16,582 bases of DNA from an archaeon (GCA_042584585.1 JBHOSQ010000016.1:1-16582), one strand, 5' to 3'; shown: positions 1 through 8,718, counted from the first letter of the stretch. Numbers and translations are program-made. The notes: a model not told the origin generated them from the sequence alone.

Positions 1-666
1 CTTTTCCGTCACAAAGTACTTGTCGCCCTTGTCCACCCAGTTAAGCCGGAGCACATAGCCACCCGTAATGCCCGGCTCTTTGTTGTCCTCTTCGGTGAGC
101 GGCGTGATGCCGATGTGGCTGCGCTTCCTCACGTTTTCCATGAACACGTACACCCCGTCGTACGTGCCGTTGAGGAAGAGCTCGACGAACATTGTTCTTG
201 ACGCGTAGTGCCCCATCTGCCTGCTTAGTGTGTACGCCAAGTGGTTGCGCATGAGCGACTTGTCTGTGTAAGGCGCGTACAGCACCCAGTCGCTCTCCCG
301 GGGGAACCCGAACAGCGGCAGGTTTATGCTGTTGCCGTTCTCGTCCCGCGTCTCGATGCCGTACTGCTTCTTGGGGAACCCTTGCGACGTCGCCCCCCTG
401 ACTTCAATCCCAATCGGGCCGTCAAACACCGGCATCTCGCCAAGATAATTCCTCTTCCCGGCCTCGTCATAAATAATCTTCATGCCCGCGCCAATCTTTG
501 GCTCGTCCACTATGTCTCCCCCAAAAGTGTCAATCACTACAATCGGCAGGTTTGAGCTGAACACCGTTGCGTCCGGTTGCCCGGCAGATGGAAGGAAAAG
601 CCCAGTCCCCACAATGGCCACGAGCGCGACGGCCAGCACCGCCGCCACAGGAATTATCTCCCGCAT
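1..666 (-). CDS. CotH-family (spore coat protein H-like) secreted/membrane-anchored kinase, 3' end beyond window
   Basis: Not in the ORF track. Manual translation from ATG 666 reads MREIIPVAAVLAVALVAIVGTGLFLP...SSNLPIVVIDT...IGIEVRGATSQGFPKKQYGIE...ESDWVLYAPYTDKSLMRNHLAYTLSRQMG...FVELFLNGTYDGVYVFMENV...TGGYVLRLN and is open to base 1. RGxxS..PKK.Y, WVL.A...DKSL.RN and VELxLNG.Y.GVY...E are typical CotH motifs. N-terminal hydrophobic anchor. Confidence 0.9.
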   Translation of the reverse strand, partial: MREIIPVAAVLAVALVAIVGTGLFLPSAGQPDATVFSSNLPIVVIDTFGGDIVDEPKIGAGMKIIYDEAGKRNYLGEMPVFDGPIGIEVRGATSQGFPKKQYGIETRDENGNSINLPLFGFPRESDWVLYAPYTDKSLMRNHLAYTLSRQMGHYASRTMFVELFLNGTYDGVYVFMENVRKRSHIGITPLTEEDNKEPGITGGYVLRLNWVDKGDKYFVTEK

Positions 667-687
667 GACGCAAACAAACCCCACGCG

Positions 688-698
688 GCTTTATAACA
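688..698 (-). promoter_or_regulatory. Archaeal TATA box for the CotH gene
   Basis: Minus-strand GTTATAAAG (TTTATAAC at 690-697 on +), 23 nt upstream of ATG 666, the same spacing as other leaderless genes in the window. Confidence 0.6.
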
Positions 699-732
699 GT
701 TTTCCCGCTGCCGCTAACCCAGCCAATGGAAT

Positions 733-775
733 GAAAGAAAAAGCAACTTGGGGGATTGCCAAATGGCAATCCCCC
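733..775 (-). terminator. Stem-loop plus U-tract terminator downstream of the pilin-like gene
   Basis: Perfect 11-bp inverted repeat GGGGGATTGCC-AAAT-GGCAATCCCCC (750-775), followed on the minus strand by CAAGTTGCTTTTTCTTTC. It lies about 28 nt after the stop at 804. Confidence 0.7.
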
Positions 776-803
776 GGTTTATTGGGGGTTGGTTGACCCT
801 GAG

Positions 804-3677
804 TTACACTGGGCAGGTGCACCTGCATTGGAACTGCCCTGCGTCCTCAAAGCACTCGGCGCCGTACGCAGGCATGCCGCATGTGGTGGTGCAATCCCCG
901 CCGTCCCAGACACAGTAGGTAAGGCATTCGCCTATGGTGCCAAACGGTGGTCCACTGTTCGTAATGCCGAATCCGAACATAGCAACATCGTTGTCTGAGA
1001 TGCATCCTTGGACGTCCGGCCCACCGTCTGAGTTCAGGCAGTGGTAGCCGACGTTATCGATGACGTCACATATCTCGTTTGCGTCGGCGTTGCACGTCGC
1101 CGCGGTGCATTCTGGGAATGAGCCGCAGTCTATGCCTTGGGCCATCAGTACCGTGGCGGGACCAAATGCTGTGCATCCCGTTGCTGTCAGGCACGTGGCT
1201 GTAACCGCTTCACAGTCGTCTGGTATCGCGTCCAAGTCAGCGTCGGCGCAGTCCGCGAAGCCTGCGCACTGGTCGACTCCGTCGCCGATTCCGTCCTCGT
1301 CCGCGTCGCCCCACGCCTGCAGGCAGTACCCAAAGTCGGCGAAGTCTATTGCTTCGTCCTGTACACCATTGCCTGTGCCGTCGTCAACGTCCCACTGGCC
1401 TGGGTCAGTGATTGCCCATCCCAGGAAGAAGTCATACTCGTTGACAACACCGTCCGCAATACCGTTTTGCGCGTCACTGTCGACGTCAAACACTTCGCAG
1501 CCCGGCAAAAACTCGCTGTAACAGCCTTGGAACGATGGGTCTCCGCTGTTGTAGTCCGCTTGGCTGATGTGTCCGTCTGCTCCTGGTCCGCCTCCAACCG
1601 TGTTCGTGTCAAACGCGAGGCATGCCGCGTCTTTCGGGCCTGCCGCGCATGCTGCTGGTGCTCCAGCGGGGTTGTTTGCGTTGACGCACGCCAGGAAGCC
1701 GAGTGTGTTTGGTTCCGGCTCCTCCGGCTCGCACGTTGGCTCGCCGCAAGCGCCTTCGTAGGTTTCCCAGCAAGTCCCCGCATCTGCACACGCTGCTGCG
1801 CAATCTAGGTACTCTGTGTCGCAGTACTCGTCGTCAATCCACAAGCCGCCGCCGTCGATGCAGGACTCGCACGTTTCCGCGACCTCGCAGCTAAAGGCAA
1901 TGTTGCCGGTGCCGGTCGTGGCATCCACGAGGCTTCCGAGGCGGATTATGTAGTCAGTGCCGGTGGTAACTTCCCATGTGACTGTTGATGTTACGCCGCA
2001 GCCGTCCTCGTCGTTGTTGCACGTGTTCTCGCTCTTCGACTGGCAGTCGCTTCCGGTATAGATGACGATTGCCGTGTCGAAGTCCGCGTCGTTGCACGTG
2101 CTTGCGGTAAAGGTTCCGTCGCACGTTGCGGTGTAGATGTACCAGATGTCGTTGAATACCTGGCCTGGGCATCCGTCTGTAGCAGTGCCATCTGTTGTGC
2201 TGCTGATAGTGCTGAACGGAACGGTTTCGTCGGTCACCGCTATCATGCCGGCACAGTCGTCGTTCTCTGGCGCTGGCACTATGCACGCCGCGTCTCCGGC
2301 GCAGTTCTCGTCGTCGCAGTCCCATAGTCCGCTGCAGTCGTTGTCGAAGCCATCATCACAAAAGGGAGTAAATTCAGTAGTCCCGCTTTCAATGCACAGG
2401 CAGCTCCCAAACCCGTCGCACTGGGGGCTGTCCCACTCAGGGTTTTCGACGCACGGTGTCATGGCCGCGTCGAACGTGCAGTCCGAGCAGCACTCGACTG
2501 ATGGGTCACAGTCCTCACCGTCTTCGATTACTTCGTTTTCGCACACTGCTCCCGGCGCCTCTGGCTCCTCGTCGGCAGTCGGCGGGAATCCGGTGCTCCA
2601 CGATGAATCATCAGTGTCCAACTCGTTGCCGTTCGGGTCTTCGCCAGTGATTTCGTAGTCACACCCGTTAGTATAATCAATTATGTTCGTGAAGAACGGG
2701 ACGCCACCAAGGTCTGCGTGACTCTCAATGAGTTCCGGTTCGCCTTGTCCGCCGGTGCAGTCCTCGTATACGTCCAGGAATGCAATTCCTGCCGGGTTGT
2801 TAATCGTATAAGTCAAGTATGACTCCGCTGTCGCGTCGCTCTGGAACGCGACCATGATGCTGTTGAGTACGGGGCCGGCGCCAATGCCTGGGTTCTCGGT
2901 TGAGAGCTGTACCTCGTACGCAAAGTACTGCATGTCTTCCGGCAATCCTTCAGTCACAACAAAGTCACTGGCGATTCCGGTTTCGGTCCAAGGCCCATAG
3001 TCAGTCCACGGCCCTTCGGTGCCGACGTTCGAAGCCTTTAATGTGAATTCTATTTGGTCGGTCTCACTAGGGTAGTCAGCGTTTATGTACACCATGGTAA
3101 CGTCCATGGGCTCATCAAAGTTTTCGCCGTCCTGTAGAAACGTTCCCACAGCCCCACCGTCGTCCAGCACAATACTCCCCAATCCAGTGCCGCCGAACAC
3201 ACCTTGGAACGCTGGGTTCCATACACCGCTTTCGCCGGTCATGTCGACGGACCAACTGAATACCGTGAGTTCGTTGCCACCTATTTGCACGATTGTTGAG
3301 CCGGTGGTAGGTGAGTACAAAGTGCTTATCCCTATTTTTGGTGGCATGACGCAGATGTCTTGCTGGCCTTCTGCAATAGTAACGGTGCCGTTGAAGTTAC
3401 AAGTAGTGCCGTCCGTGGTATTAAGGTAATTAAGCGTGACAGGCCCAGGCCCAAGGTTCGCAATTCCAATCCAACCAGACGTAGGATTCAAGATTGACGC
3501 AGTAATCACGTTCGGCTTGTCCGGAGTGGACTGGCTGGTCACCAAACCCCCGCTCCAAAACGATATCGCTACAGCCGCAATCACCGCAATCGCGATAAGC
3601 AACACAACAGCAACAATCGGAGAAATGCCCTTCGTCTCTTCTTCTTTCTTCAAATCTTTTTTCTTATGACTGACCAT
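804..3677 (-). CDS. Giant (~957 aa) archaeal type IV pilin-like protein with class III signal peptide and Cys/Asp-rich adhesin-like C-terminal region
   Basis: Likely start ATG 3677 (SD-like AGGTG upstream): MVSHKKKDLKKEEETKG/ISPIVAVVLLIAIAVIAAVAISFW, a charged leader, KG cleavage site and hydrophobic helix. Downstream are CENEVIEDGEDCD, CDDGFDNDCSGLWDCDDENC, a PENDDC...NDIWYIYT...STC...FDT.I.IYTG...DDxC-like beta domain, DxD-type Ca-binding-like loops and DADEDGIGDGVDQC/DADLDAIPDDC repeats. Confidence 0.85.
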   Translation of the reverse strand: MVSHKKKDLKKEEETKGISPIVAVVLLIAIAVIAAVAISFWSGGLVTSQSTPDKPNVITASILNPTSGWIGIANLGPGPVTLNYLNTTDGTTCNFNGTVTIAEGQQDICVMPPKIGISTLYSPTTGSTIVQIGGNELTVFSWSVDMTGESGVWNPAFQGVFGGTGLGSIVLDDGGAVGTFLQDGENFDEPMDVTMVYINADYPSETDQIEFTLKASNVGTEGPWTDYGPWTETGIASDFVVTEGLPEDMQYFAYEVQLSTENPGIGAGPVLNSIMVAFQSDATAESYLTYTINNPAGIAFLDVYEDCTGGQGEPELIESHADLGGVPFFTNIIDYTNGCDYEITGEDPNGNELDTDDSSWSTGFPPTADEEPEAPGAVCENEVIEDGEDCDPSVECCSDCTFDAAMTPCVENPEWDSPQCDGFGSCLCIESGTTEFTPFCDDGFDNDCSGLWDCDDENCAGDAACIVPAPENDDCAGMIAVTDETVPFSTISSTTDGTATDGCPGQVFNDIWYIYTATCDGTFTASTCNDADFDTAIVIYTGSDCQSKSENTCNNDEDGCGVTSTVTWEVTTGTDYIIRLGSLVDATTGTGNIAFSCEVAETCESCIDGGGLWIDDEYCDTEYLDCAAACADAGTCWETYEGACGEPTCEPEEPEPNTLGFLACVNANNPAGAPAACAAGPKDAACLAFDTNTVGGGPGADGHISQADYNSGDPSFQGCYSEFLPGCEVFDVDSDAQNGIADGVVNEYDFFLGWAITDPGQWDVDDGTGNGVQDEAIDFADFGYCLQAWGDADEDGIGDGVDQCAGFADCADADLDAIPDDCEAVTATCLTATGCTAFGPATVLMAQGIDCGSFPECTAATCNADANEICDVIDNVGYHCLNSDGGPDVQGCISDNDVAMFGFGITNSGPPFGTIGECLTYCVWDGGDCTTTCGMPAYGAECFEDAGQFQCRCTCPV

Positions 3678-3708
3678 GAAAACACCTAATGCCACTAAAT
3701 ACGGCTTT

Positions 3709-3739
3709 GGGGTATAAAAAGCTAACCAATAAAAACCCG
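3709..3739. promoter_or_regulatory. Divergent promoter region (TATA-like boxes) between the pilin-like and Yip1-like genes
   Basis: GGGTATAAAAAGCT (3709-3723) and CCAATAAAAACCCG (3726-3739) in the 81-nt gap between ATG 3677 (-) and ATG 3759 (+). The second resembles the array element. Which box serves which gene is ambiguous. Confidence 0.55.
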
Positions 3740-3758
3740 TTTGGAGTTTCAATTCGTG

Positions 3759-4289
3759 ATGATTAGCCTCGCGCGGTTCTGGTTCACTTCGCTGTGGCAG
3801 CCCAAAAAGCTGTTGAAGGCCATTGAAAAGCCGAATTACCTAATGGCCCTGCTGAACCTATTAATCCCGCCTTTGCTCGTCTCAATCGTCGGCATATTCG
3901 TTCTTTCTGGCGGAATCGGCTCCGTGGACGTGTCCGCGTACGCCAAGACCATCGTTGTTTCCGTCGTGAAATACGCGGCCGTGCTCTTGATGTTCGGCAT
4001 CGGCGCCGTGTCCGCGGGCAAGGGCTCCTTGAAGCGAATGGTTTGCTTCGCTTCCTTCCCGGTCACCGGCTATCTCCTTTTGGTGGACAGCGCGTTGATT
4101 ATCGGCAACCCCGTCGCGGGCATCCCGATTTCGATTGTGCTGAAGTCCCTGTTAATCGCGTTCGCGATTTCCATGGCGGGCATTGCCCACGCCGAGGCCA
4201 AGATGAAGTGGTGGAAGGCAGGCGTGTGGATTGCCGTGGTGATTGCCGTGACGGATTACTTCACTCCGTACTTGGCGTCACTAATTTAA
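3759..4289 (+). CDS. Multi-pass membrane protein, Yip1-like
   Basis: About five hydrophobic segments. The N-terminal 'LWQPKKLLKAI' resembles the Yip1-type 'L..P...F' start. Start taken at ATG 3759 (GTG 3756 or TTG 3741 possible). Confidence 0.6.
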   Translation: MISLARFWFTSLWQPKKLLKAIEKPNYLMALLNLLIPPLLVSIVGIFVLSGGIGSVDVSAYAKTIVVSVVKYAAVLLMFGIGAVSAGKGSLKRMVCFASFPVTGYLLLVDSALIIGNPVAGIPISIVLKSLLIAFAISMAGIAHAEAKMKWWKAGVWIAVVIAVTDYFTPYLASLI

Positions 4290-4313
4290 ACCAGTGGCGG
4301 CTTTGTTTCCGCA

Positions 4314-5612
4314 GTGGTGCGCAAGTCAGTCAAGAAGAGCGGCGGCAGGTATGTTAAGCCCAGTGTCCGCAAGGTCGGCGACGAAAAAGAGGCGCCCAAA
4401 GCGTCTTTGGACGCGATTCCCATCGACAAAATCAAGCGCGGGTGGGAAAAGCAAAAGCGCGAGATGAAGGCCACCGCCGAAAAAGAGGCGCGCGCAAAAA
4501 AATTGGCGGAACAAAAAAAGGCCGAGGCAATCAAGGCCGCGATAAAGAAAAAGAAAGAGGCGCCGCGCCCGAAGCGAAAGCGGATTCGCATTCCCTGGAA
4601 GCCAATCGCGGAAGTCGTGATTGCCGTCATACTCGTGCTTGGATTGGTGTTACTGTTTTCGGGCACCGCCGTTCCCACTGCCGAGACGTGCGGCGACGGC
4701 ACTTTGTACAACGAGTGTTCCGTGACGCAGCCATACAAGTGCGTGGACGGCCAGCTCGTCCCGTCGGTGGATGTGTGTGACTGCCCTGATGGGCAGAGGG
4801 GGTACAACAACGAGTGCGTCCCGTGGGTCGAGTGCTCGGACGGGACTTTTGAGCCGGAGTGCTCCACTGACCAGCCGTTCCAGTGCGTTGGCGGCGCGCT
4901 TGTCGAGAACGCGGGGGTGTGCGGCTGCCCAGAGAACACGCAAGCGTCCGGCGACTCGTGCGCAGAAATAATCACGTGCGTGGACGGGACCGAAGAGGGC
5001 TACTGTTCCACGGCCCCGCCGTATGGCTGCGTCGGGCAAGAATTGGTTCCGCTGGCGAGCCAGTGCGGGTGTCCCGAGGGCGAGGCCGCGGTGGGGGACT
5101 TGTGCGTGTCGGAAGAAGAGGCGGCTTTGCAGGCGGCGTTTGGCTACATCAATTCATTGCGCGCGCAGTACGGCCGCAACGAAATCCAGTGGGACGCCCG
5201 TGCCAGCGAATTGGCGGTGGACCGTGCCCGGGACATGTTCGCGCGGGGGTACACTGACCACGTGACGCCGGAAGGGACGTGCGCCCAAGACATGCAGTCG
5301 CAGTACGGCTTCTCTAATAAAGACATAATAGTAGAGAATATACTAAAGGTCTGGTACGAAAGTGGGTTCCCCGCCCCGGACGTGGGCCCGTTGTTCGCGG
5401 TGGACGAGTGGATGACGAGCCGGGCGCACCGCTACAACTTATTGTACGAGTACCACTACGCGGGCGGGATTGGCTGCTACAAAAACTTTTGCTTGTTTTA
5501 CGGGGTGCACCAAACTCCGGGGGGCTTTGGCTCCGGTGGCTGCAGCTCGTGGGACGACAACAAGGTGTTTTGGGACGACGCGTCCCCGCAGCCGGGCGAA
5601 GTTTTTCCCTAG
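4314..5612 (+). CDS. Membrane-anchored CAP/SCP-domain protein with three Cys-rich repeats
   Basis: Lys/Arg-rich cytoplasmic N-terminus, one TM (VVIAVILVLGLVLLFSG), three CxDGT...EC/YC...PY/FxCV...L....CxCP....C repeats, and a C-terminal CAP domain (INSLRAQYG...WD...A.DM..RGYTDH...ENI...VDEWMTSRAHRYNLL...GIG). Confidence 0.85.
   Translation: MVRKSVKKSGGRYVKPSVRKVGDEKEAPKASLDAIPIDKIKRGWEKQKREMKATAEKEARAKKLAEQKKAEAIKAAIKKKKEAPRPKRKRIRIPWKPIAEVVIAVILVLGLVLLFSGTAVPTAETCGDGTLYNECSVTQPYKCVDGQLVPSVDVCDCPDGQRGYNNECVPWVECSDGTFEPECSTDQPFQCVGGALVENAGVCGCPENTQASGDSCAEIITCVDGTEEGYCSTAPPYGCVGQELVPLASQCGCPEGEAAVGDLCVSEEEAALQAAFGYINSLRAQYGRNEIQWDARASELAVDRARDMFARGYTDHVTPEGTCAQDMQSQYGFSNKDIIVENILKVWYESGFPAPDVGPLFAVDEWMTSRAHRYNLLYEYHYAGGIGCYKNFCLFYGVHQTPGGFGSGGCSSWDDNKVFWDDASPQPGEVFP
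4689..5108 (+). repeat. Three tandem ~48-aa six-Cys protein repeats
   Basis: CGDGTLYNECSVTQPYKCVDGQLVPSVDVCDCPDGQRGYNNECV / CSDGTFEPECSTDQPFQCVGGALVENAGVCGCPENTQASGDSCA / CVDGTEEGYCSTAPPYGCVGQELVPLASQCGCPEGEAAVGDLCV. Confidence 0.85.
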
Positions 5613-5932
5613 AGCGACTGCCCGATAAGCAGGTACACTAAGACCGAGAACACTGAGCTGGCGAGGATTATCCCGGTGACCATCAGCAAAAACACTGTGA
5701 TGATGGCGTATCCCGAGAGGTCCCAGACAGCAGCCTCGATGCCTTCCTTGACCGCGTCGCGCCACAGCTCTTCCTTGAGTGACTCGCCGCGAATGACTTT
5801 GCGGACGATGTCGGAGACGTCTCTGGCGGAGACGGGTTCGGGGTATTCTTCACGAATTGCCTTCCGGATTGTGCCGGAAAGGTCGTCTTTCGTGAGCGGG
5901 GCAGGGTCTTTTTTGGCGGGCACTTGAATCAC
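5609..5932 (-). CDS. Hypothetical protein with C-terminal membrane anchor
   Basis: ORF 5609-5941. Start likely GTG 5932 because a TATA-like TTTTTTAC (5955-5962) lies 22 nt upstream. Internal duplication DDLSGTIRKAIREE / RDVSDIVRKVIRGE and a long C-terminal hydrophobic stretch. Its stop overlaps that of the convergent CAP gene (CTAG at 5609-5612). Confidence 0.65.
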   Translation of the reverse strand: MIQVPAKKDPAPLTKDDLSGTIRKAIREEYPEPVSARDVSDIVRKVIRGESLKEELWRDAVKEGIEAAVWDLSGYAIITVFLLMVTGIILASSVFSVLVYLLIGQSL

Positions 5933-6024
5933 CGAAGCCAATTACTTCAAACAAGTAAAAAAGCCTTTCGGAAAGCGCAACGCTTAATAACTTGGGATAG
6001 ATAATCTGTTTGGGGTGTTTGTGT

Positions 6025-6237
6025 TTGATTGAAGAGCGGCACGTAGAGAAAGCAACGTCATTGCTGAAGGATATGAAGATTGACGGTGTGACTGACAAAA
6101 CGGTCAGGAACGCCCTCACGAGCGTCAAGGACGGCCAGCCGTCCAAGCTCGCCGAATACTTTCCCAGCGCAGGAATGAAGCCACTCACAATAATGAAGAT
6201 CCACAAGACCCTTAAGTCCGTACTGGAAAATGAGTGA
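6025..6237 (+). CDS. Small hypothetical protein
   Basis: Fills the gap and its stop abuts the beta-propeller gene. TTG 6025 is preceded by SD-like GGGGTG (TTG 6010 is the alternative). TATA-like CTTAATAA at 5983-5990. Confidence 0.55.
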   Translation: MIEERHVEKATSLLKDMKIDGVTDKTVRNALTSVKDGQPSKLAEYFPSAGMKPLTIMKIHKTLKSVLENE

Positions 6238-6242
6238 TTATC

Positions 6243-8363
6243 ATGGCAAAGAAAAAATCATTTTTGACGCAACTCGAGCCCATCGCGCACCTCGCGCTCT
6301 TGATGGCAGCGTTCGTGGTAGTGATTGCCGCGCTCGTGCTCACCGCGAGCACGACCGACACCAGCCCGGTGTTCTGGCCGCCAATCTCGCCACCCGTTTC
6401 GCCGCACGCCGGCCAAGCAATCGCCGCGTTCAACCCCACCGTGGAGCTGACCGCCCAATCGTTCGCAACAGCCAACGAGTTTTCCGCGTTCGCCAGGGAC
6501 TACGAGGACGCTTACTACGATTACCGGCTCATGGATGGAGGCGTCATGCCATTAATCAACATCCCCATGGCCGACCTGGCCATGGGCTCCGCCGAGTCAC
6601 AAAAGCCAACGGACTTTTCCACCACAAACGTCCAGGTCCTGGGTGTCGACGAGGCCGACCTGATCAAGACGGACGGTGAATACATTTACACCATTTCGGA
6701 CGACACCGTATACATAATCCAGGCCTATCCCGGCGAGGAAGCAAAGGTCATTTCGCAAATAGAGTACGACTACTCGCCCAGGGACCTGTTTATCTCGGAC
6801 GGCAAGCTCGCCGTGTTCGGCACTTACCGCGGATCCATCGAGGGGATTGACTTCGTGCCGTCCAGCGGCATGAGCTTCTTCGACATTTACGACATCACGG
6901 ACCGCGCCAACCCTTCCCTCAGCAAGGAATACAAGTTCGAGGGCAGGTACTTCAACGCGCGAATGTACGAGGGCTACGCCTATTTGGTGCTCGTGAACGG
7001 GTTCGAGTACCGCCCGTTCTACCCAACGCCGCTTATTGTCGAGGACGGCGCGGTAGAGCCCATGGCAGTGGCGGACATTTACTACTTCCCCATTCCCTAC
7101 ACTTACCCCGACTTGGTCACGGTGCACTCCATCAACATGAACAGCCCCACCGAAGTCAAGTCCAAAGCCATTGCGGTCGAGGGCGACCAAAATATGTACA
7201 TGTCGACCGACAACATTTACATCACTTACACAGAGTACGTGAACGAGTACGACCTCCGCAACGAAATCATGGTGGGATTGCTCGAGCCCCAGTTGAGTTC
7301 CGCGGACAAGAAACTGATTACCGACATCGAGGCGGTCAGCGGCGAAATATTGTCGCGCCGCGAGAAGGACGCAAAAATCCTCGCGATATACACCAAGCAC
7401 TTGAACTACATGACCCAGGACGAGCAGGACGACTTCGAGGACAAAGTCGAGCTCATGGTAAAGGAAAAGCTCGAGGAGTACGAGCACTTCGAGTTCACCA
7501 TCATCAACCAGCTCGGCGTGGACAACGGAGACATTTCAATCGGTGCCACGGGCAAGGTGCCCGGCCACGTAATCAACCAGTTCTCGATGGACGAGCACAA
7601 CGAAGTGTTCCGCATCGCGACCACGGTGAGCCCGCGGTGGTCGTGGAGGTGGCAGGACGGCAGCGACTCCGTCAACAACGTGTACGCGCTTGACTCGTCG
7701 CTCGAAGTGATTGGCGAGCTGGAAGACCTTGCGGAAAGCGAGCGGATTTATTCAACGCGCTTCATGGGCGACAGGCTGTACATGGTCACCTTCAGGCAAG
7801 TGGACCCGTTCTTCGTGATTGACTTGAGCGACCCCACGGACATAAAGTCGCTCGGCGAGCTGAAGATTCCTGGCTTCTCGCGTTATCTGCACCCGTACGA
7901 CGACGACACGATTATCGGAATCGGCCAGGAAGCAACTGAACAGGGCCGCATCACCGGCCTTAAAATTTCCTTGTTCGACGTGAGCGACGTCGCTAACCCC
8001 ACGGAGGTCGCGAAGTTCGTGACCGAAGAAAAGTACGCGAAGTCGACCGCTTTGACGGACCACCACGCTTTCCTGTTCTCGAAGGAAAAAGAGTTGATGG
8101 TGATTCCGGTGTACAGCGGGTGGGACGCCGACCAAGAATATGACGGCGCGTTTGTCTTCAAAATCAACAAGGACGCGATTGAGTTGCGTGGCCTCGTGGA
8201 CCACTCGGCGGCGGGCGGCTACGGCCCATCGGTCGAGCGCAGCCTCTACATCGAGGAATTGCTGTACACGAAGTCGCCGAACCTGCTCCGCATCAACGCG
8301 ATTGAGGACTTGTCGTCCGTAAAGGACATAAGCCTGGGCAGCACGGACTTCCCGGTGTTTTAG
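6243..8363 (+). CDS. Secreted/membrane-anchored beta-propeller domain protein (Beta_propel family, distantly WD40-like)
   Basis: Family motifs FSTTNVQVLGVDEADLIKTDGEYIY, GKVPGHVINQFSMDEHNEVFRIATT, ERIYSTRFMGDRLYMVTFRQVDPFFVIDLSDP...LGELKIPGFSRYLHP, GLKISLFDVSD, DHHAFLF. N-terminal TM. Start ATG 6243 (GTG 6234 possible). Confidence 0.92.
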   Translation: MAKKKSFLTQLEPIAHLALLMAAFVVVIAALVLTASTTDTSPVFWPPISPPVSPHAGQAIAAFNPTVELTAQSFATANEFSAFARDYEDAYYDYRLMDGGVMPLINIPMADLAMGSAESQKPTDFSTTNVQVLGVDEADLIKTDGEYIYTISDDTVYIIQAYPGEEAKVISQIEYDYSPRDLFISDGKLAVFGTYRGSIEGIDFVPSSGMSFFDIYDITDRANPSLSKEYKFEGRYFNARMYEGYAYLVLVNGFEYRPFYPTPLIVEDGAVEPMAVADIYYFPIPYTYPDLVTVHSINMNSPTEVKSKAIAVEGDQNMYMSTDNIYITYTEYVNEYDLRNEIMVGLLEPQLSSADKKLITDIEAVSGEILSRREKDAKILAIYTKHLNYMTQDEQDDFEDKVELMVKEKLEEYEHFEFTIINQLGVDNGDISIGATGKVPGHVINQFSMDEHNEVFRIATTVSPRWSWRWQDGSDSVNNVYALDSSLEVIGELEDLAESERIYSTRFMGDRLYMVTFRQVDPFFVIDLSDPTDIKSLGELKIPGFSRYLHPYDDDTIIGIGQEATEQGRITGLKISLFDVSDVANPTEVAKFVTEEKYAKSTALTDHHAFLFSKEKELMVIPVYSGWDADQEYDGAFVFKINKDAIELRGLVDHSAAGGYGPSVERSLYIEELLYTKSPNLLRINAIEDLSSVKDISLGSTDFPVF

Positions 8364-8374
8364 GGTTTGAAGAA

Positions 8375-8698
8375 TTAGCTTTTGCGCTTCAATAGCCGGA
8401 TGTTATAATTTCCGTAGTGCTCGTTGAATGCGTTGTCGAACCCCTTTACTTTGGCGTCGGCCAAAACTTTTTCGGCTATTTCTTTGGCCACTGCCTCGCG
8501 CTCGTCCGCGTTGGGGTTTTCCGCCAGCAGTTCCTGTATGTGCAGCTGCAGCGCGTCCTGGGACCTATCCATTTCCCGCTTGATTTTTCGGTCGAGAGAC
8601 CACTGGCCCCTTTCTTCGGTAGTCAGTTTCCAGAACTTGCGCTCGGCCTCCAACGCCTTCTTGTAATGCGTCTTTGCCGCCCGGTACTCAAGGACCAT
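8375..8698 (-). CDS. Hypothetical helical, charged protein
   Basis: 107-aa ORF with ATG start. TATA-like TTTAAA (8721-8726) lies 22 nt upstream. Confidence 0.65.
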   Translation of the reverse strand: MVLEYRAAKTHYKKALEAERKFWKLTTEERGQWSLDRKIKREMDRSQDALQLHIQELLAENPNADEREAVAKEIAEKVLADAKVKGFDNAFNEHYGNYNIRLLKRKS

Positions 8699-8718
8699 AC
8701 ATTAGTTATCGCTTTTCC

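Noticed and set aside
241-3669. Plus-strand and alternate-frame ORFs (e.g. 241-555, 482-796, 1060-1521, 1137-1808, 2137-2658)
   Set aside because: Shadows of the CotH and pilin-like genes in GC-rich DNA, with no motifs.
3678-3752. ORF-track N-terminal extension of the pilin-like gene
   Set aside because: It runs through the promoter region and overlaps the divergent ORF. ATG 3677 has an SD and gives a normal class III leader.
5953-5968. AAGTAAAAAAGCCTTT as a tenth array element
   Set aside because: It resembles the element and is probably a TATA box for 5932, but lacks the AATAAAAA core and GG flank, so I treat it as an ordinary promoter. Together with 3726-3739 it cautions that the element may be a refined version of the general promoter.
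4286-8322. Antisense and out-of-frame ORFs (4286-4975, 6230-6679, 6597-7487, 7752-8204)
   Set aside because: They lie over well-supported CAP and beta-propeller genes and are explained by codon bias.
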